Origin: Schizosaccharomyces osmophilus | Taxonomy: Eukaryota | DNA length: 64,000 nucleotides | NCBI RefSeq assembly: GCF_027921745.1 | Contig: NC_079239.1 | Span: forward strand, 1,116,001 to 1,180,000 | Direction of reading: 5' to 3' | Part shown: positions 40,741-54,637 of the stretch, piece by piece | How positions within the stretch are numbered: the first letter of the stretch is position 1 | Layout of the letters: each line of letters starts with the position of its first letter | Notes under the pieces: generated by a model | The model's input: the letters and a program-made list of their open reading frames with translations, nothing else | Databases searched by the model: none | Told to the model about the DNA's origin: nothing | Program-made: the position numbers and the translations under genes

Positions 40741-41459
40741 TTAAGTTTTTGCACTGCTTAAATTTCAGTATCGTGCACAATTGAATATTAGGTTTTTAAA
40801 AGATTTTGTTTAATATTACTTTTTTGTTGATAACCTCTGATATCAACAATGGTTTGTTTGTATTCCTACGTTTTACAAACAGTGAATAAGTTGACCTTTA
40901 TAACTGACAGAAATTAACAACCTTTCCAATGGAAATGGTAAAAGCTGTTTTATAATGAGTTTTTTACTTTTGTTGACCCTTATTGTTATATTTAATCATC
41001 CCCCAAAAATGGAATCAAGTCAAACATTATATAGAATATGACATAAACCGGAAAAGATGGTTGCAACCTTTGAAGAGGCAAAGAGTTTAGCTACGTGGCT
41101 CCATTTTTAACGAATACAATACTGAAGCTACTAGATTCAATTATCGTCTTCAAGTCATGAAATTATAGAAATTACAATTGTAATGTTTTCTGTAAACCCG
41201 TTAACACTTAGCCTGTGGAATGACGACAAAGACGATGAATAAATCAATCGAAAAATGAATGAAAACAGTTTCCGATTTTGGTAATGGTTGTATATTTGTG
41301 GTTTCACGTCTTATTTATTTATTTTTTTTTTAATTTTTCTTATTAGTCATGTTTTAAACGACTCGTCAGTAGCTGCTAAAAAATTGTACCATTTGCGAAA
41401 AGTTATTATATTTGCATAAGCTTCTTTCTCCGGTGCTCATTCTAGCCGAATGTTTTGTT

Positions 41460-42060
41460 AAAAATATTCCGTATTTCGCGAGGCAGGAAATGAATGAAGG
41501 GAGATTTTAAAGTTCATCTTTGTCCCACATAAGTACGTTGCCATAAAAGAACAATTTAATAAACGTGGACTATGAAGAAGCATTAAAAATATAGAAAAAC
41601 AAATTTCGTCACAAAAACGCACATATCGGCTATTTCCATTAATAAAGCTTTTCAAGGAGAAACCCCAAGAAAGGAAGAAGGAAGAATAAAGAGATATAAT
41701 GATAACCAAACAAAGTTCATAAGGTCAGAATAACTAAAAGATCGTTATCCCCACACGAAAAACGAGGATCGTTGCTGTAAAAAATAAATACGGGATACTT
41801 CATCAATACTTAGGAAGGACGGACGCTCTAAATTTCATTAATTGAAACAAATGATTTCAATGTTTAATCTTTCTAATAGATTCCGGAGCAGATGCCTCTT
41901 AATTACGAGAAGATATAGCGCAAAATCGTATTGACATATCAATGAATTAATTGATGAACTTGTAAAGGTGAAAGAAGAACAAGTTGAAGTGATACATTAG
42001 GACTAACCAAGTTTATTCTTGGTATTATTGATACTATAATGCGAATTGGATTTTATTCTT
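41460..42060 (+). pseudogene. Highly decayed Ty3/gypsy gag-protease fossil
   Basis: 41870-41923 translates FLIDSGADAS*LREDIAQ, matching ALIDTGANVSILREDLAK of the element at 56106; outer boundaries approximate. Confidence 0.6.
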
Positions 42061-42393
42061 TCCATACATATATAGGTGCCAATATTTTCTAGTGTATTAA
42101 TCTCAATATATCCAATATGGCTTAAGCAGCTAAAAGCTGTGTATAAGTGTAAAAGTAGTTACAGATGATAATTCTCTAGGTTTGTCAATACTACGAATGT
42201 TTCGTAAAAGGTTTAAGTTTTCAACATTTTCTCCTAAAATTGTGTTAATAGTTTCCAATGTTTTTCGTTTTTCGTTTTTCTTAGTTTGAATATTTAACAA
42301 CAGAGGTAGACAAATGATGTAAACAAGCTTTTAATCAATTGATTAATAGTTTACAGCAATATATTAATTAACTATTAACGATAAATAAGCAAA

Positions 42394-42464
42394 TCTTCCT
42401 TAGTATAGGGGTAGTACACCAGCCTGTCACGCTGGCAGCCCGGGTTCGAATCCCGGAGGGAGAG
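42394..42464 (+). tRNA. tRNA-Asp(GTC)
   Basis: Anticodon arm CCAGC-CTGTCAC-GCTGG, GTTCGAA T-loop. Confidence 0.95.
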
Positions 42465-42834
42465 TGATTCTTTTTTTGTGTGGTTTTTAATTTTTTGTTT
42501 TTTTTTTCGTTTTTTCGTTTTTTCCTCATACTTGGGTTCTTCCTTGCATTTGAGAACGCCATTCGATTTTGCGTTTCTAATACTGTTTTGTACATGGCTT
42601 TCTTCATCTTTGGCTGTTCACTCAGAGTCATATTCATTAAGTGAAAGTAGATGATGATGATGCATGCTATCAGGTGAAATGAGACAAAAAATTGCTAGTA
42701 AACTGACACTAAGCAAACTAAATGAAACCATCAACAATGAATAGGATAATAGCATAGATGTAGAAAAAAAATAAACATTCATCATCCATTGGATGGTTCT
42801 AAAAAAAAAGAAAAGTTGAAAAAAGTGAAGGCTA

Positions 42835-42917
42835 TGACCGTGCCAAGACTCGAACTTGGGACCGTCTGCGAACATTGAATGTTAAGCAGAAATTATAACC
42901 ATCTAAACCACACGGCC
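42835..42917 (-). tRNA. tRNA-Val(AAC) with 9-nt intron
   Basis: GGCCGTG...TCTGCTTAACA[intron]CGCAGA...GTTCGAG...CACGGTCA. Confidence 0.92.
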
Positions 42918-43451
42918 TTCGTTGAAGGACTTCCTGTTCTTTACGTTTACAACTTAGATGGTAAGGACCTTTCGCTCCCAAGGTTTCCTGCAAAGGCAAA
43001 GGAGACAGACACTCATACTGAAGCAGTTTCTGTGGTTATGTATTTCTCTGATTGTCTCAATCAGTGTTTGTTCATTACCTATGTACGAATACAATGTATT
43101 AATTTCGTTGCTTTTCTATTAATATTATTTCTTTGCTAGGCCGTTCTCAATATTCAGTATTCAACATTTAACAATCAACAATCAAAATTCAGTTCAATTT
43201 CAATGTCAATGTCAATTTCAAAATAAATAACTAAACAGCTAATAACGATGGCAATAACAATAATGCAATACTTTTTTGTTTCTGCTTCTGCTTCTGCGTA
43301 TCGTGTGAGAACCAATACATATAATATGATATAGAAAGATGAATGAATTTGAATATACGTATGAGTACTTTGCAAAGGAACAAGTGATAAAACTTCATTC
43401 TTTATTTTACTTGCTGTAATATATTTTATTTATCCTAATGTTATCAACCAA

Positions 43452-43525
43452 GGGCATGTGGTGTAGATGGTTATCACGCTTCCTTAGCATGGAAGAGGTC
43501 CCAGATTCGAGTTCTGGCTTGTCCA
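43452..43525 (+). tRNA. tRNA-Ala(AGC)
   Basis: Cloverleaf with anticodon loop TTAGCAT and T-run terminator. Confidence 0.95.
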
Positions 43526-43831
43526 AGTTTTTCTCTTTTTTCTTTTTTTTCCGTTTTGTCGTTATTTCATTGTTTCACTATATTGCTTTTTTTTGCTCTT
43601 GTTCCAGTGTTTCTATTTTGGTTTGTTATAAATTTTATATATTGCGCTCACTGGGTTGATCATACAGGGTGTTTTACACTATGTTGGAACTCTGCAATAA
43701 AAAGACATTGCTTCAACAAAAGATCTACAAAAGATCAACAAATAATTCAATCAAAGACCAAATGAAATGGATTTTAAAAAAAAAAAATAAAAAAAAATAA
43801 ATAAAAAAATAAAAAGAAACGAAAAAATTAA

Positions 43832-43905
43832 TGGTCACAGCCAGGCTCGAACTGGCGACATTCGACTTATTAGATCGACATGATAACCAACTACATCATG
43901 CGACC
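43832..43905 (-). tRNA. tRNA-Ile(AAT)
   Basis: GGTCGCA...CTAATAA anticodon loop...GTTCGAG...TGTGACCA. Confidence 0.93.
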
Positions 43906-43972
43906 ATTTGTTACAAGCACTTTATGTTAGTGTAATCTAATCTGTTCTGTAATAACTGTGTTACTTTTCTAC

Positions 43973-44168
<196 letters not shown>

Positions 44169-44682
44169 TCTATATTTATATCTATATCTATATCTAATAT
44201 ACATGCATGCAAGTATGGATGTCTGTCAGCAATGCAAAGCAAAGCGAAAGAAAGAGATTAAAATAAAACACTCTGCATATGATTTTATAAATTTTAGCAT
44301 AAAAAGCAAACGATAAATTCATAGTAGCAACCGCAAACTACACATCCGTCGAACGAAAACAATCAGTAATGCTAAAGCGAGCTAAATTAGCTAAATGAAA
44401 TAAAAAAAAAAAATCTCAGAAAATATATATATATATATATATATATATCATTAATCGCTCGTATCAAAAATAGCTCAATATGGGGGAAGGAATTGATAGC
44501 AGAGAAAAGTAGGAGATATGAATATATATATATTAATAACTAGCTTGTCAGGGAAACGAGCGGATGCTTGGTTGGACATGGGACATGACAATCATACTAT
44601 GTAGTATGTAGTATGTAGTAAACGTTACAAACATTCAACAAAAGCATGAAAAAAATTTAGGTAGACAAGTAATCAATCAAGA

Positions 44683-44755
44683 GGCCTCGTGGCCCAATGG
44701 TCAAGGCGCCTGACTACGGATCAGGAGATTCCAGGTTCGACTCCTGGCGGGGTCA
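44683..44755 (+). tRNA. tRNA-Arg(ACG)
   Basis: Anticodon arm CCTGA-CTACGGA-TCAGG. Confidence 0.95.
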
Positions 44756-46848
44756 ATTTCTTTTTGCTTTTTTTTGCTTTCTTTTCTTTTCTTGTTTCAT
44801 TCCATTTTGTTTTGCTTTTCTTTACCCTTCTATTAGCTAAATGAATAAGTTCGTTCTAAAACATGCAACAGCGAAACGGAATATGAAAACAATAGATAAC
44901 AACCGCCCCGTGAGTGTACGTTCATCTTCTTTTCTAGTCTCATATAGTCATCGTACACCTCGGGATGTTGCGCAAAACATCTCATGACCATTTGTAAATT
45001 TCCATATATATAATATAATAATATAATCTTGTGCAGCTTCTTGTCCTTGAGAAACACACATAATCTTCCTGAGGGAACTAAGGAATGTCTGGTTTGGCGA
45101 GGCGGTTCAGTTTGTTCGTGTTATAGATCATAACATGAATTCATTGGACTCGTAAGTTCCTTCTCAATGTAAGAAACCGATCATTTCGTTACTTTCCATG
45201 TGTACAATTTATGATCAAACCTTATTCTGTGAAGTTATGTGTACTCGTCATGAATTTCCTCACACTTCTTGAGGACGATTTATACAATATTTACATGATA
45301 TTTGTAAGCTTATTAAAAGGGTCAATGAAATGAACAAGTGGAAAGAAAAAATAAAATACAAATATTGAAATGTTTAAGAGAAAGTAAGAAATTTCCAAAA
45401 ATCCGCATGAGTATGTCTGAATGACAGATAGAAAAAGTTTCGAATCTAATACGAATCATTTTGATTTACACTCGCCATTATCTTGCATGTACGTACGCCC
45501 TATACTGTTCTGAAGTACGAAATACGAAATACGAAATACAGTGAGTGGAATTTACAAATCATATGAGGATCATATGAACAATCAAATATTTAAATATTCA
45601 CAAATTTTTCAAACGGATAATTGAACTATTGAGTAGGACTCATAGTGTATTCTATTGCCAAGTGTCATTAATTTCGTAAACGACATCAGGCTTTTTTATC
45701 GTATTGAACGATAGCTGAATTGATTACAATTTTTATTTTGTTTTGACTTAGCTGGTAAAACTGTCTCATTTGAATTGATCCCCGAGTTGTTAAGCGAAGA
45801 ATCATTCAGGCTCAATTGATATTAGCTGGTATGCAATTATTATTAGTCATGTTGTCATAAAGAGTTGTTGTTTTTTCCATGTATATAATTATTGCACATA
45901 AGAGCATCTGTTTCTTACAAAATAAACTTTTAGTCGATAATATGTTCTCAGATCCAACCTCTCACAAAAGACCAGATCACACAGTCCTGAGTAATCACAA
46001 GTGAGGCCTGCCGATTGGCAGTTAAGAGTTATAACAACGATTTAACAGGAGAGAAAAAGGACTGCTTTGTATCTTTCTCTTCTCTTCTCTTCTTTTCTTT
46101 TCTTTCCTTTCCTTTTCAATCCTTAATTATGTTTAGCAAAAAGTAACGATGAAATTGGCGGGTGGCCTTTACGATGATTGCAATTTTCTAAACAACCCTT
46201 CATCTAATATTTTATCCCATGAAAGTTTACTTAACCTACCAAGAAAAAAAACGTAAGTCAATTTTTGAATTCATAAACATATTGGAATCATCAATCGTAT
46301 GTCGTTTCATTGTGTTAAGTTGAAAAGCAATGAGAGATCACGTATCGTGAGGGAAGGTGACAGTAAAGTCTTGATCATGAATGCGAGACGATCATGTGAC
46401 GAGAATAACTATCAAAATGATTACCTTGATTTGCAGAAATTTAATAACAAGCTGTTATTGACTTTTCAAGCCATTAAATGAGCATGTATTCAAAAAAAAT
46501 AAATTAAAAACTCCATAATTTCAGTACAACTGGTGGAAATATGCAAATAGTGAATTATAACTTAAATTGATTTAGCTTAACTAGGCGTTGGCCGTGCAAA
46601 ACGGCGTATACATACGTTAATGCAATTGCTTATACAAACCGTATATACAAACACACTAACCAAGAATTTATATTGCACCGATTAGGAGTAAGCTAATTTA
46701 TCATGTTGCTTCAAAAGAAGTTGCACTAAAGGTAATGCCCAAAAATTGGTTAATTGGATTTAGACAAGCAGAAAAAAGTTTTTTATTTCAATAGAATTAT
46801 TATTTTATGTGTAATATAATTTTATACTATAACAATGTTACTAACGAA

Positions 46849-46921
46849 GGCCTCGTGGCCCAATGGTCAAGGCGCCTGACTACGGATCAGGAGATTCCAG
46901 GTTCGACTCCTGGCGGGGTCA
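46849..46921 (+). tRNA. tRNA-Arg(ACG), same sequence as 44683 copy
   Basis: Identical 73-nt sequence. Confidence 0.95.
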
Positions 46922-47110
46922 ATATCTTTTTTCCTCTTTCAATGTTTTGCTTTTCTTTTTATTTAATTTTACCCTTCTTTTTATATCCATCTATGGCCTT
47001 TGAAATGTCTCCACTTTGCTTATCCTAAATATCATCTTGATTAGTTTATTACTTAGTACTCTATCAATGCAAATTATTATAGTTAGCTATGATGAGAAAT
47101 AAAAAAGAAA

Positions 47111-47194
47111 CTCCCAAGGCGAGACTCGAACTCGCAACCTTCTGATGACCTTTCATAAGAGTCAGACGCTCTAAACCGATTGAGCTACCCGGGA
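47111..47194 (-). tRNA. tRNA-Lys(CTT) with 9-nt intron
   Basis: TCCCGGG...TCTGA-CTCTTA[TGAAAGGTC]A-TCAGA...CTTGGGAG. Confidence 0.93.
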
Positions 47195-47971
47195 CTTGTT
47201 ATGATGCTTACCATTAAAAATATATTCACTACTATCTAATTTTGCGAAGCTCTTTTTCATTATTGATAATTACGGATAAAAATTAAAATGAAAATTAAAA
47301 TCAAAATAATTCGAGTTTAGTGTAGTCTTCATACCTATCTTCTTAAATCGTTGTTGCTGTTACTTTTACAGAATTTTCTTTTCTTTGCATCTATGTAAGT
47401 AAGTTCCCATAATACTTGCACTGTCACTGATTGTTAAAGCTTTGCAGTGATTGTATGTAAATACAGTAGAAGAAATGAGGAACAGGATTTTTTTTCGAGC
47501 GATGGTATAGTCATAATAGCTGTAGCTGTTTTCTATGCTGTGTTATCTATGAGCTATCATCATCAGTCAACTGGTGAAAAAAAAAAAAGATAGAAAAAAA
47601 TAAAGCAGAATCACCATCGTATGCAAGAAGAAATTCATTTTTTTCTTTTTTTTTTCTATCTTGTTTTTTTTATTTGTTTTATAACAATTGTTACAATTGT
47701 TTTATTTTATTTTTAAGAAGGAGGAACCGACGAATAAAAAATTAATTCATATTGTAAAAATTCGTTTCTATTTGATAAGTACGTTACGAAAGGCAGAAAG
47801 AAAGTAACAGTATTTAGCAGGTGGTAGGTGGTAGGTGGTTGATGGGTTGTTGCATTGGATGATCGCAGGTAAGATATGAGATAGTCCCCCAAAAAAATTA
47901 AAAACAAAAATAAAAAATAAAAAGGTAGAAAGTCGTTGATATATTATTTAACTAAAGAGCAGTCATCCAAT

Positions 47972-48080
47972 GGCCAGTTGGCCGAGCGGTCTATGGCGTA
48001 GCACTCAAGTGAAAACTTGGACTGTTCAATCAAGTCTTGCTATATCGAAAGATGCGAGGGTTCGAATCCCTCACTGGTCA
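47972..48080 (+). tRNA. tRNA-Leu(CAA) with 27-nt intron
   Basis: TAGCA-CTCAAG[intron]T-TGCTA, variable arm, GTTCGAA T-loop, T-run. Confidence 0.92.
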
Positions 48081-48604
48081 AAATTTTTCTTTTTCTTTCT
48101 TTTTCTTTCTTTTTCTTTTTCTCTTTCCATATTTGATTTTCTTCATTCATTTTCATTGTCATTTTCAAATGATATTGTTGCAAAATAACTTGGTCAGTAA
48201 AAAACTTTGATTCTATATTCTTACAAGTTCTACTACTCTTTTACTGACCTCTTGTTGTTTAATTGTCTCTACGGTTTCTGTTTCTTTTTTTTTTTTTTGC
48301 ATCGCTACTTGTTTCTATTTACGCATACCTTTTTATTATAATCTTTGATGGACGATACGAAGTTCTAGATGGGATTGCTTTCTGCATGGAGCAAAGTTAG
48401 TAGAATAAAATTAAATAAAATAAGTTATATTAAATTTGATGAAATTTATTGTAAAGACTAGAAACCATTTTTTTTCATTTCGGTTACCACCAGGAATGTA
48501 TCTATCTACTACATATTAACTCTTCGTGCATGAATCAACTTAATTTCGATCAGATAATTATGTTGCCAATTGTAACTTTCTTCTTACACCTGGATTGTAA
48601 GAAA

Positions 48605-48676
48605 TCCGTCATGGTCCAGTGGCTAGGATTCATCGCTCTCACCGATGCGGCGGGGGTTCGATTCCCCCTGACGGAA
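48605..48676 (+). tRNA. tRNA-Glu(CTC)
   Basis: Anticodon arm CATCG-CTCTCAC-CGATG. Confidence 0.95.
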
Positions 48677-49095
48677 TAATATTCCTTTTTTATATTTATC
48701 TGAAAAGTATCATGATTATGTGTGATTATATTCTTTGTTTCATGATGCTAAATATAAAATAGGACTTTAAAAGCGGAAAAAATCAAAAATATAATACATA
48801 AGAAGAAAATATCAGGAATCTATATTAGGTTTCTGAAGTTTTCCCCGTCAAATGAATGCTCTAATCATTTTCGATTTAGTTTCTCGATAATTAAGTTGAA
48901 ATGCACAACTTTTCCTAATTCCAATATCTTTTAACCTTTTTGATTAGCTTTTTCTTCCCGGTCGTTGAACTGGGTTTGCCTCAAGTAGTCGGTTTCATCA
49001 CTTTACTTAATCACCGGACGATGACTCCAATACAACATGAGCAAGAGCAAAGTATTGTTCAGCTCAATGTGATGAAAAAAAAAAAAGAAAAAATT

Positions 49096-49168
49096 TGTCA
49101 CAAACCGGGATCGAACCAGTGACCAACAGATCTTCAGTCTGTCATGCTCCCAACTACACCATTGCGAC
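49096..49168 (-). tRNA. tRNA-Phe(GAA)
   Basis: Anticodon arm ACAGA-CTGAAGA-TCTGT, GTTCGAT T-loop. Confidence 0.95.
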
Positions 49169-50824
49169 TTGGATGATCAGTCAGTCACTGATGTCAATGT
49201 AAGGCTTAATAGCCCTTTACCTTTCATTATTTCTTGTCCCGAAAAATAAATTGTTGTTTTGTCTGTTATTGTTGAAAGTAAACGGCGATTTATACGCTAA
49301 ACAGAGAACGATGGTCCACTTGTTAGTACATCCACGAAAACATATAATAACGTACTATATTTTATACATATAACAATGACCATTGGCTTAGCGGTGAAAA
49401 TGTATACTAATCAAAAAACGAACAATAAGATGGACACTACAACACATTTTCATTTTCGCTCTCACTCGGAGTATGTTTGTTTAAAGCAACAACATTGAAC
49501 CTTTTGAATTGATTCAATGAGTAATTTTAGTTTCTTACTTGTTGGAAGAGCTTATCCAATCTTTTGCGTATCATAAACAAGATCGGTAACACCAATCATT
49601 ATTGCCAATATTTATATCATTTTGTGTACGCCCCAGGAACATTTATTTGTAAAGTTCGTTCCCTCATCAGAGGTAGAGAACTGAATATATACTACCAAAT
49701 TACAAGTATTATGCATTAGAAGTGGAGCACTTGTACGTCTGTTTGCATCGTACACAATGATAGATGTTTTGAGGGTTGCACTCTATATTTTGTTACTTTA
49801 TGAGCCAAGTATTTGCTTGCTTGTCCTTTTTTGCAGCACTCGAAATCAAATGTTCATTACGTAAAGATATTATGGATGAAGCTTAAGCGAAAGTAATATA
49901 CAATAATAATGTATTTTACCAGGGCCTTATATAAATGGCAATAGCATCATTATTTATGCTTGCAATCAGTATGGAAGGTGTAACATTCGTCGTTCACTCA
50001 TAAAACATCAACGATTTCTTAAGCGAACATCATTTGTGACAACGTTTTCGAAGCAGGGATGCTACTGACAAGTGCAAATGTAAACCGAAGAACACGGAAA
50101 ATCAATCGCTAATTTTGAAAGACTAATTTATCATCAGTAAGAATACAAGATCTGGTTAGAACTGGTTCACTCGACCATTTATAGTGAAAGCTATTTAGGT
50201 TAATAAGTGCAATGTATATGTTGGTTGATTCAACTCATTGAAACAACGTATCAAAAAAGGTCTGTACCTAGGTATATCGACAAGCGATGTGACCATTACA
50301 GGCTATAGACTTAATCGTATATATCATCCACCGGTTACTAAAGTTAATACTGCTAAAATATTTTAAATTAAGTAAAAAGTCGATACAAAATACAAAATGA
50401 AACCCGAAAAAGGGAGTCGGTAGTTCTCCTCATTACCGAAATTGTTTGCATTGGAAAACTTAGAATAGTAAGTCATCAACAAAATAATTAGATATAGGTT
50501 ATTGGAACGATGTACGAAAGATACTTGTAATTAAATGACTTCAAAGGAATTACAAGAACCTTATGTTTTCTTTTAAGCATGTGGGCATGTGGGATTATGG
50601 AAGAAAAGACAGTACAGTGTATATAGTGTATATAGTGTATAAGAGATGGAAAGTTATGGAATTTTAGTTATGATGGAGAGAAAGGGGGAAGCCGTTCAAG
50701 CTTTCCATTCTTCTTTTGCGCAAAAAAAAAAAAAAAATTTAAACTTACCTCCGTATTTTTCCCCTCTCCTCCCCTCTTCTGACTCTCCTCACGTGAGAAT
50801 AAAATAAAAAAAAAAGTGAGAGGG

Positions 50825-50943
50825 AGCCTACAGCACCCCGGATTCCCATGTTGTCTCCAACCATAGTACTAACGAGGCCCTCAGACGCTTAACTGCAGTG
50901 ATCGGACGGGAACTGGTGTTTTCGCCTAGGTATGGCCGTAGAC
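50825..50943 (-). rRNA. 5S rRNA gene (119 nt)
   Basis: GTCTACGGCCATACCTAGGCGAAAACACCAGTTCCCGTCCGATC...GGGGTGCTGTAGGCT, followed shortly by a T-run. Confidence 0.97.
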
Positions 50944-51261
50944 AACTCTGTATCTTTTTTAAGCTATCTATACTATTCATAAGTTACTTTAATAGTATAC
51001 GGGGTTTGTGTTACACATACGTTTGTCATTGAATTGAATTGAATTGAATCCAAACAAAGTAATACGAAATGGCGTTCATCTTCCTTCATCATAAGAATGA
51101 TGAAATATATATTTTTTTTTTTTTTAAAAAAATAATGAAAATTAATGATTGAAACCACTGCACGCTACGCTGAACACTGAATCGGGTAACGTTTGTTTCT
51201 TTATTTATTGACTACAAAAGCATAAACATTATGTATAATTTTTAAGGTAAAGTTTTTGTTG

Positions 51262-51320
51262 CTACCTCTACCTCTACCTCTACCTCTACCTCTACCTCTA
51301 CCTCTACCTCTACCTCTACC
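51262..51320. repeat. (CTACCT)n microsatellite, about 10 copies
   Basis: Directly visible tandem array. Confidence 0.93.
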
Positions 51321-52448
51321 GAAACAAATAACTCACTTGAGCATCCACATACTTGGCTGGCTGTTTATATAACTCATATCCTCCTCCTACGTTTTTACAA
51401 TGTTTATCACATAATTCTAGCTCGTCGTCCATCTTGCACTCAATAAGCTTAATGTCCCTTCTCGTAAGAATGGTATCATGAGACAAAATCACTAAAAGAA
51501 ATCTTTTCCAAATGCTACTTTACAATGAAATCCTTCCATTGCAACATGAATTGAAAACAGAAACTCGAAAACCTGTAATATGAGGCTGATCTGTAACTTT
51601 TGGCTCGCAAAAATGAACGCCGGAAAGACATAATACATATCAGCATGATTTCCCATCAAATGATGGTTATTTTGGGGTAAAGACGAGTTTTGTGTGTCAA
51701 TCGCCTTTTTGGTTTTAAGGTAGCTAGCTCACTAGATTGTACATATCTTCTCTAACTACCAGCAAATGTAGTGTTCAAATCTATACAAAAGCTGCACGTA
51801 TTATCAGTAGCTAACTTCAAATTCGTTTCAAAAAGTACTCACATTCATGGAATAAATTATATTTACTTGCAAGTGGCTTTTTGTAACTACACCTTTCCAA
51901 ATGGTAACCTCCAAAAACACATATACTCATATTTTCTTTGTCTCCGACATCAGTTGCAGCAAGTCATATTCTCTATATGTACCATGCTGTGCCGGTTCAC
52001 TTTCCAATCAATCTTCCCAACTAATAATACTTGCATTACAAACTAATAACATTTGGGGAGGAGGAGGCAGAATCAATTCCTTAAACTTTGTTATGTCATA
52101 CGTTAAAAACATGAAAGAAAAGAAAAGAAAATAAACAAATAAATAATAGTAGTAGAAAATTTAGCTTAGCTTCTACTAATGAATCGTCGATATTCATTTT
52201 GTTGACTGTTTCGGATCAAATGTAGACATATAAAATAAATCAATCAAATGGCGTTTACTATTATTGCCTTGAAGCGTATACGCTATAAGTGATGCTTAGT
52301 AGTAAATTCATCTTTTTAAAAACGTAACTAACCTCGGTTATTTTGCACTTATTGTGGGACCTGTTCGTTTGTTTTTTACCGAAATATAGTTAGAAGTTCG
52401 ATTTAATCGTTCGTAGCACGGCCATGGGCGTGAAGTTTGATAGCACTC

Positions 52449-52484
52449 GATACGATACGATACGATACGATACGATACAATACA
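52449..52484. repeat. (GATAC)n pentanucleotide microsatellite
   Basis: Directly visible tandem array with degenerate end. Confidence 0.85.
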
Positions 52485-54637
52485 ATCAAGCCCACCCACC
52501 TACCCACCTGTCAAGTCATTTCTATAGCTAATTGATTGTTTGCATGATAACGAATTGATAATCTTTGCAAATATAAGGGCGACAAGGTGTACGCGTATTT
52601 GGAGAGTTAGAGACTTGACTCGACGTTGTGACAAATACTTCTTCTGTAGTCATGCAAGTGTATTGAAGATAAAATAATGGAAAGTGCAATATGAAACTAC
52701 ACAAATAGAATTCCAATTCAGGGCTTTAAAAGTTGTAACGGATAGAGACAACAATATTTTTACTTATAATCTATAATCGCAATAAAGGTATATTTCTTTT
52801 CAATCTTCGCTGTGCTTGCTTATCGTTTATAAAGCTGTAAAGGCATGCTCTTCTTGTTTGGATGTTCCATATTTCAGAATAGATGAGGAATAGGGAAATA
52901 TCTCATTGAAATATGGGTAAAATCAATGTCAAATTAGTGAACGTATATATACACTCAATACAGAAGAATATTGTTGTCTTGTCCGTTCATCAATGCTTCG
53001 TTTATGGTGGGTTGAAGACATAAGAAACACAGCGAATCTATTCTCTCACGATTCAGCAACATGGATGTTGCTGTTTGTTTTGTGATTGCGGAATAAATTT
53101 GGTTTCGAAGGAGATTGATTTCAATGTCCATCCACGAATAGTAACTATCAAACTCATCTTGTAAAAAACTGATGTCTTGATTTGTATGCATAGCAAGTAG
53201 TAATAGTACTTACCCCATATGTACTCCAAGAAGTGAAGAATGGATTGAGAAACCGATGGTGAAACCCAGATCGTCTATTATATGTACATTGGGCATAGCG
53301 GTTGTTGAAGCCCATGAACAGAAAGCGATATATGATAAGTTTTTATTAATGACAGCTACTATGATTTGAGATAAAAAATAACATAGTATCTGATTTCGAC
53401 ACAGTTGATAAGATATGATAGGTGATTTTCTTCTTTTAAAAATGAATAATAGAAGATCAAGCATTCATCACAGAATATGGCATTCTGTTGAAGAATAAAT
53501 ATACTTTTGACAAATCAAGCTTCGTCTATTGAACTAACCGATTGCTAATAAACAACAGTCAAACGTAATACTGTAATATGATATGATATGCATTCATGAC
53601 TGACTGACTTGGGTTACCACCGTAATTCACATATCAAAATCCTCACGGCTTAAGTTGAGAAAGAACCTCTCCGTGCTATCAAAACTTTTAATATTTCAAA
53701 GCAAAAACTTTCTATTTTATTATTTTCTTTATTTGTAGGATTGAATGTAAAGAAACATGCAAAGGTGGGTGTTTTATATCAAAGCTTTCGAGAGACCTTA
53801 CGTAATTGAATGTCGTTAAAGCTAAGAGAGGGAAAAGCTTATATTTTTTCGATACGGTAGTAGTATAGCGAGTTAGGAACTTTTCTTTATATCGACAACT
53901 GTAATATGGGGAAGCACCAACTACGAACTACGTAAAATAGCGACAATTTTTTTAGAACGACACGAGATGACTGCGATGCTTCGGCGACACAGACGAATAC
54001 TGTCAATAACAATTAGAACAACAATGACATCAAAAAGCCCGTGTTTCCTCCTCGTAATCGCAGCCATAGCATTAGGCTGCCAATAACCTCCTGAACCCGG
54101 AAATCTTTGTTGAGATTAAGTTATAAATAGATAGATAGGTAGATAGGTAGATAGAACATAATGCAATAGGATAAGCGACCTTAAAAAACAATCAAAAGCC
54201 ACGGAGACGAGCGTTCTTCTCACAACAGTACATAACTACCTTATTTCGATTCACATAGGGAAGCGAGGAAGAAGGAAGCTGAATTATGGTATTGATGCTT
54301 TTTCCAATCTTCCTTTCAACTCCCTGTGATTGACATCTTCCGTTCCCATTAATCGCCTTTCATACAAGCTTGCTACAGCCATAAAGAGTTTTTATTTACA
54401 CACTATTTCAATGATGCAACCAGCTGTTATTTATCTCACGATATGACAACCATATCAGCCAAGATTTTATTTAATTGTATAGATCTACTGTAAGCTTTTT
54501 GGCTTTTATTGTCACACTGATAAGCTCGACGTATGCTAGGCTTTTTAGCTTGTATATGGATTTTGTTACATACATCATGATATTTTGGATAACTTTTAGG
54601 GAATTACTTACTTTCAATTGTCACAGCGTAGTGTCAG

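Noticed and set aside
49200..54500. wtf meiotic-driver or hsp16 genes next to the 5S gene
   Set aside because: No multi-exon TM-rich wtf-like structure or alpha-crystallin motif could be read in either flank.
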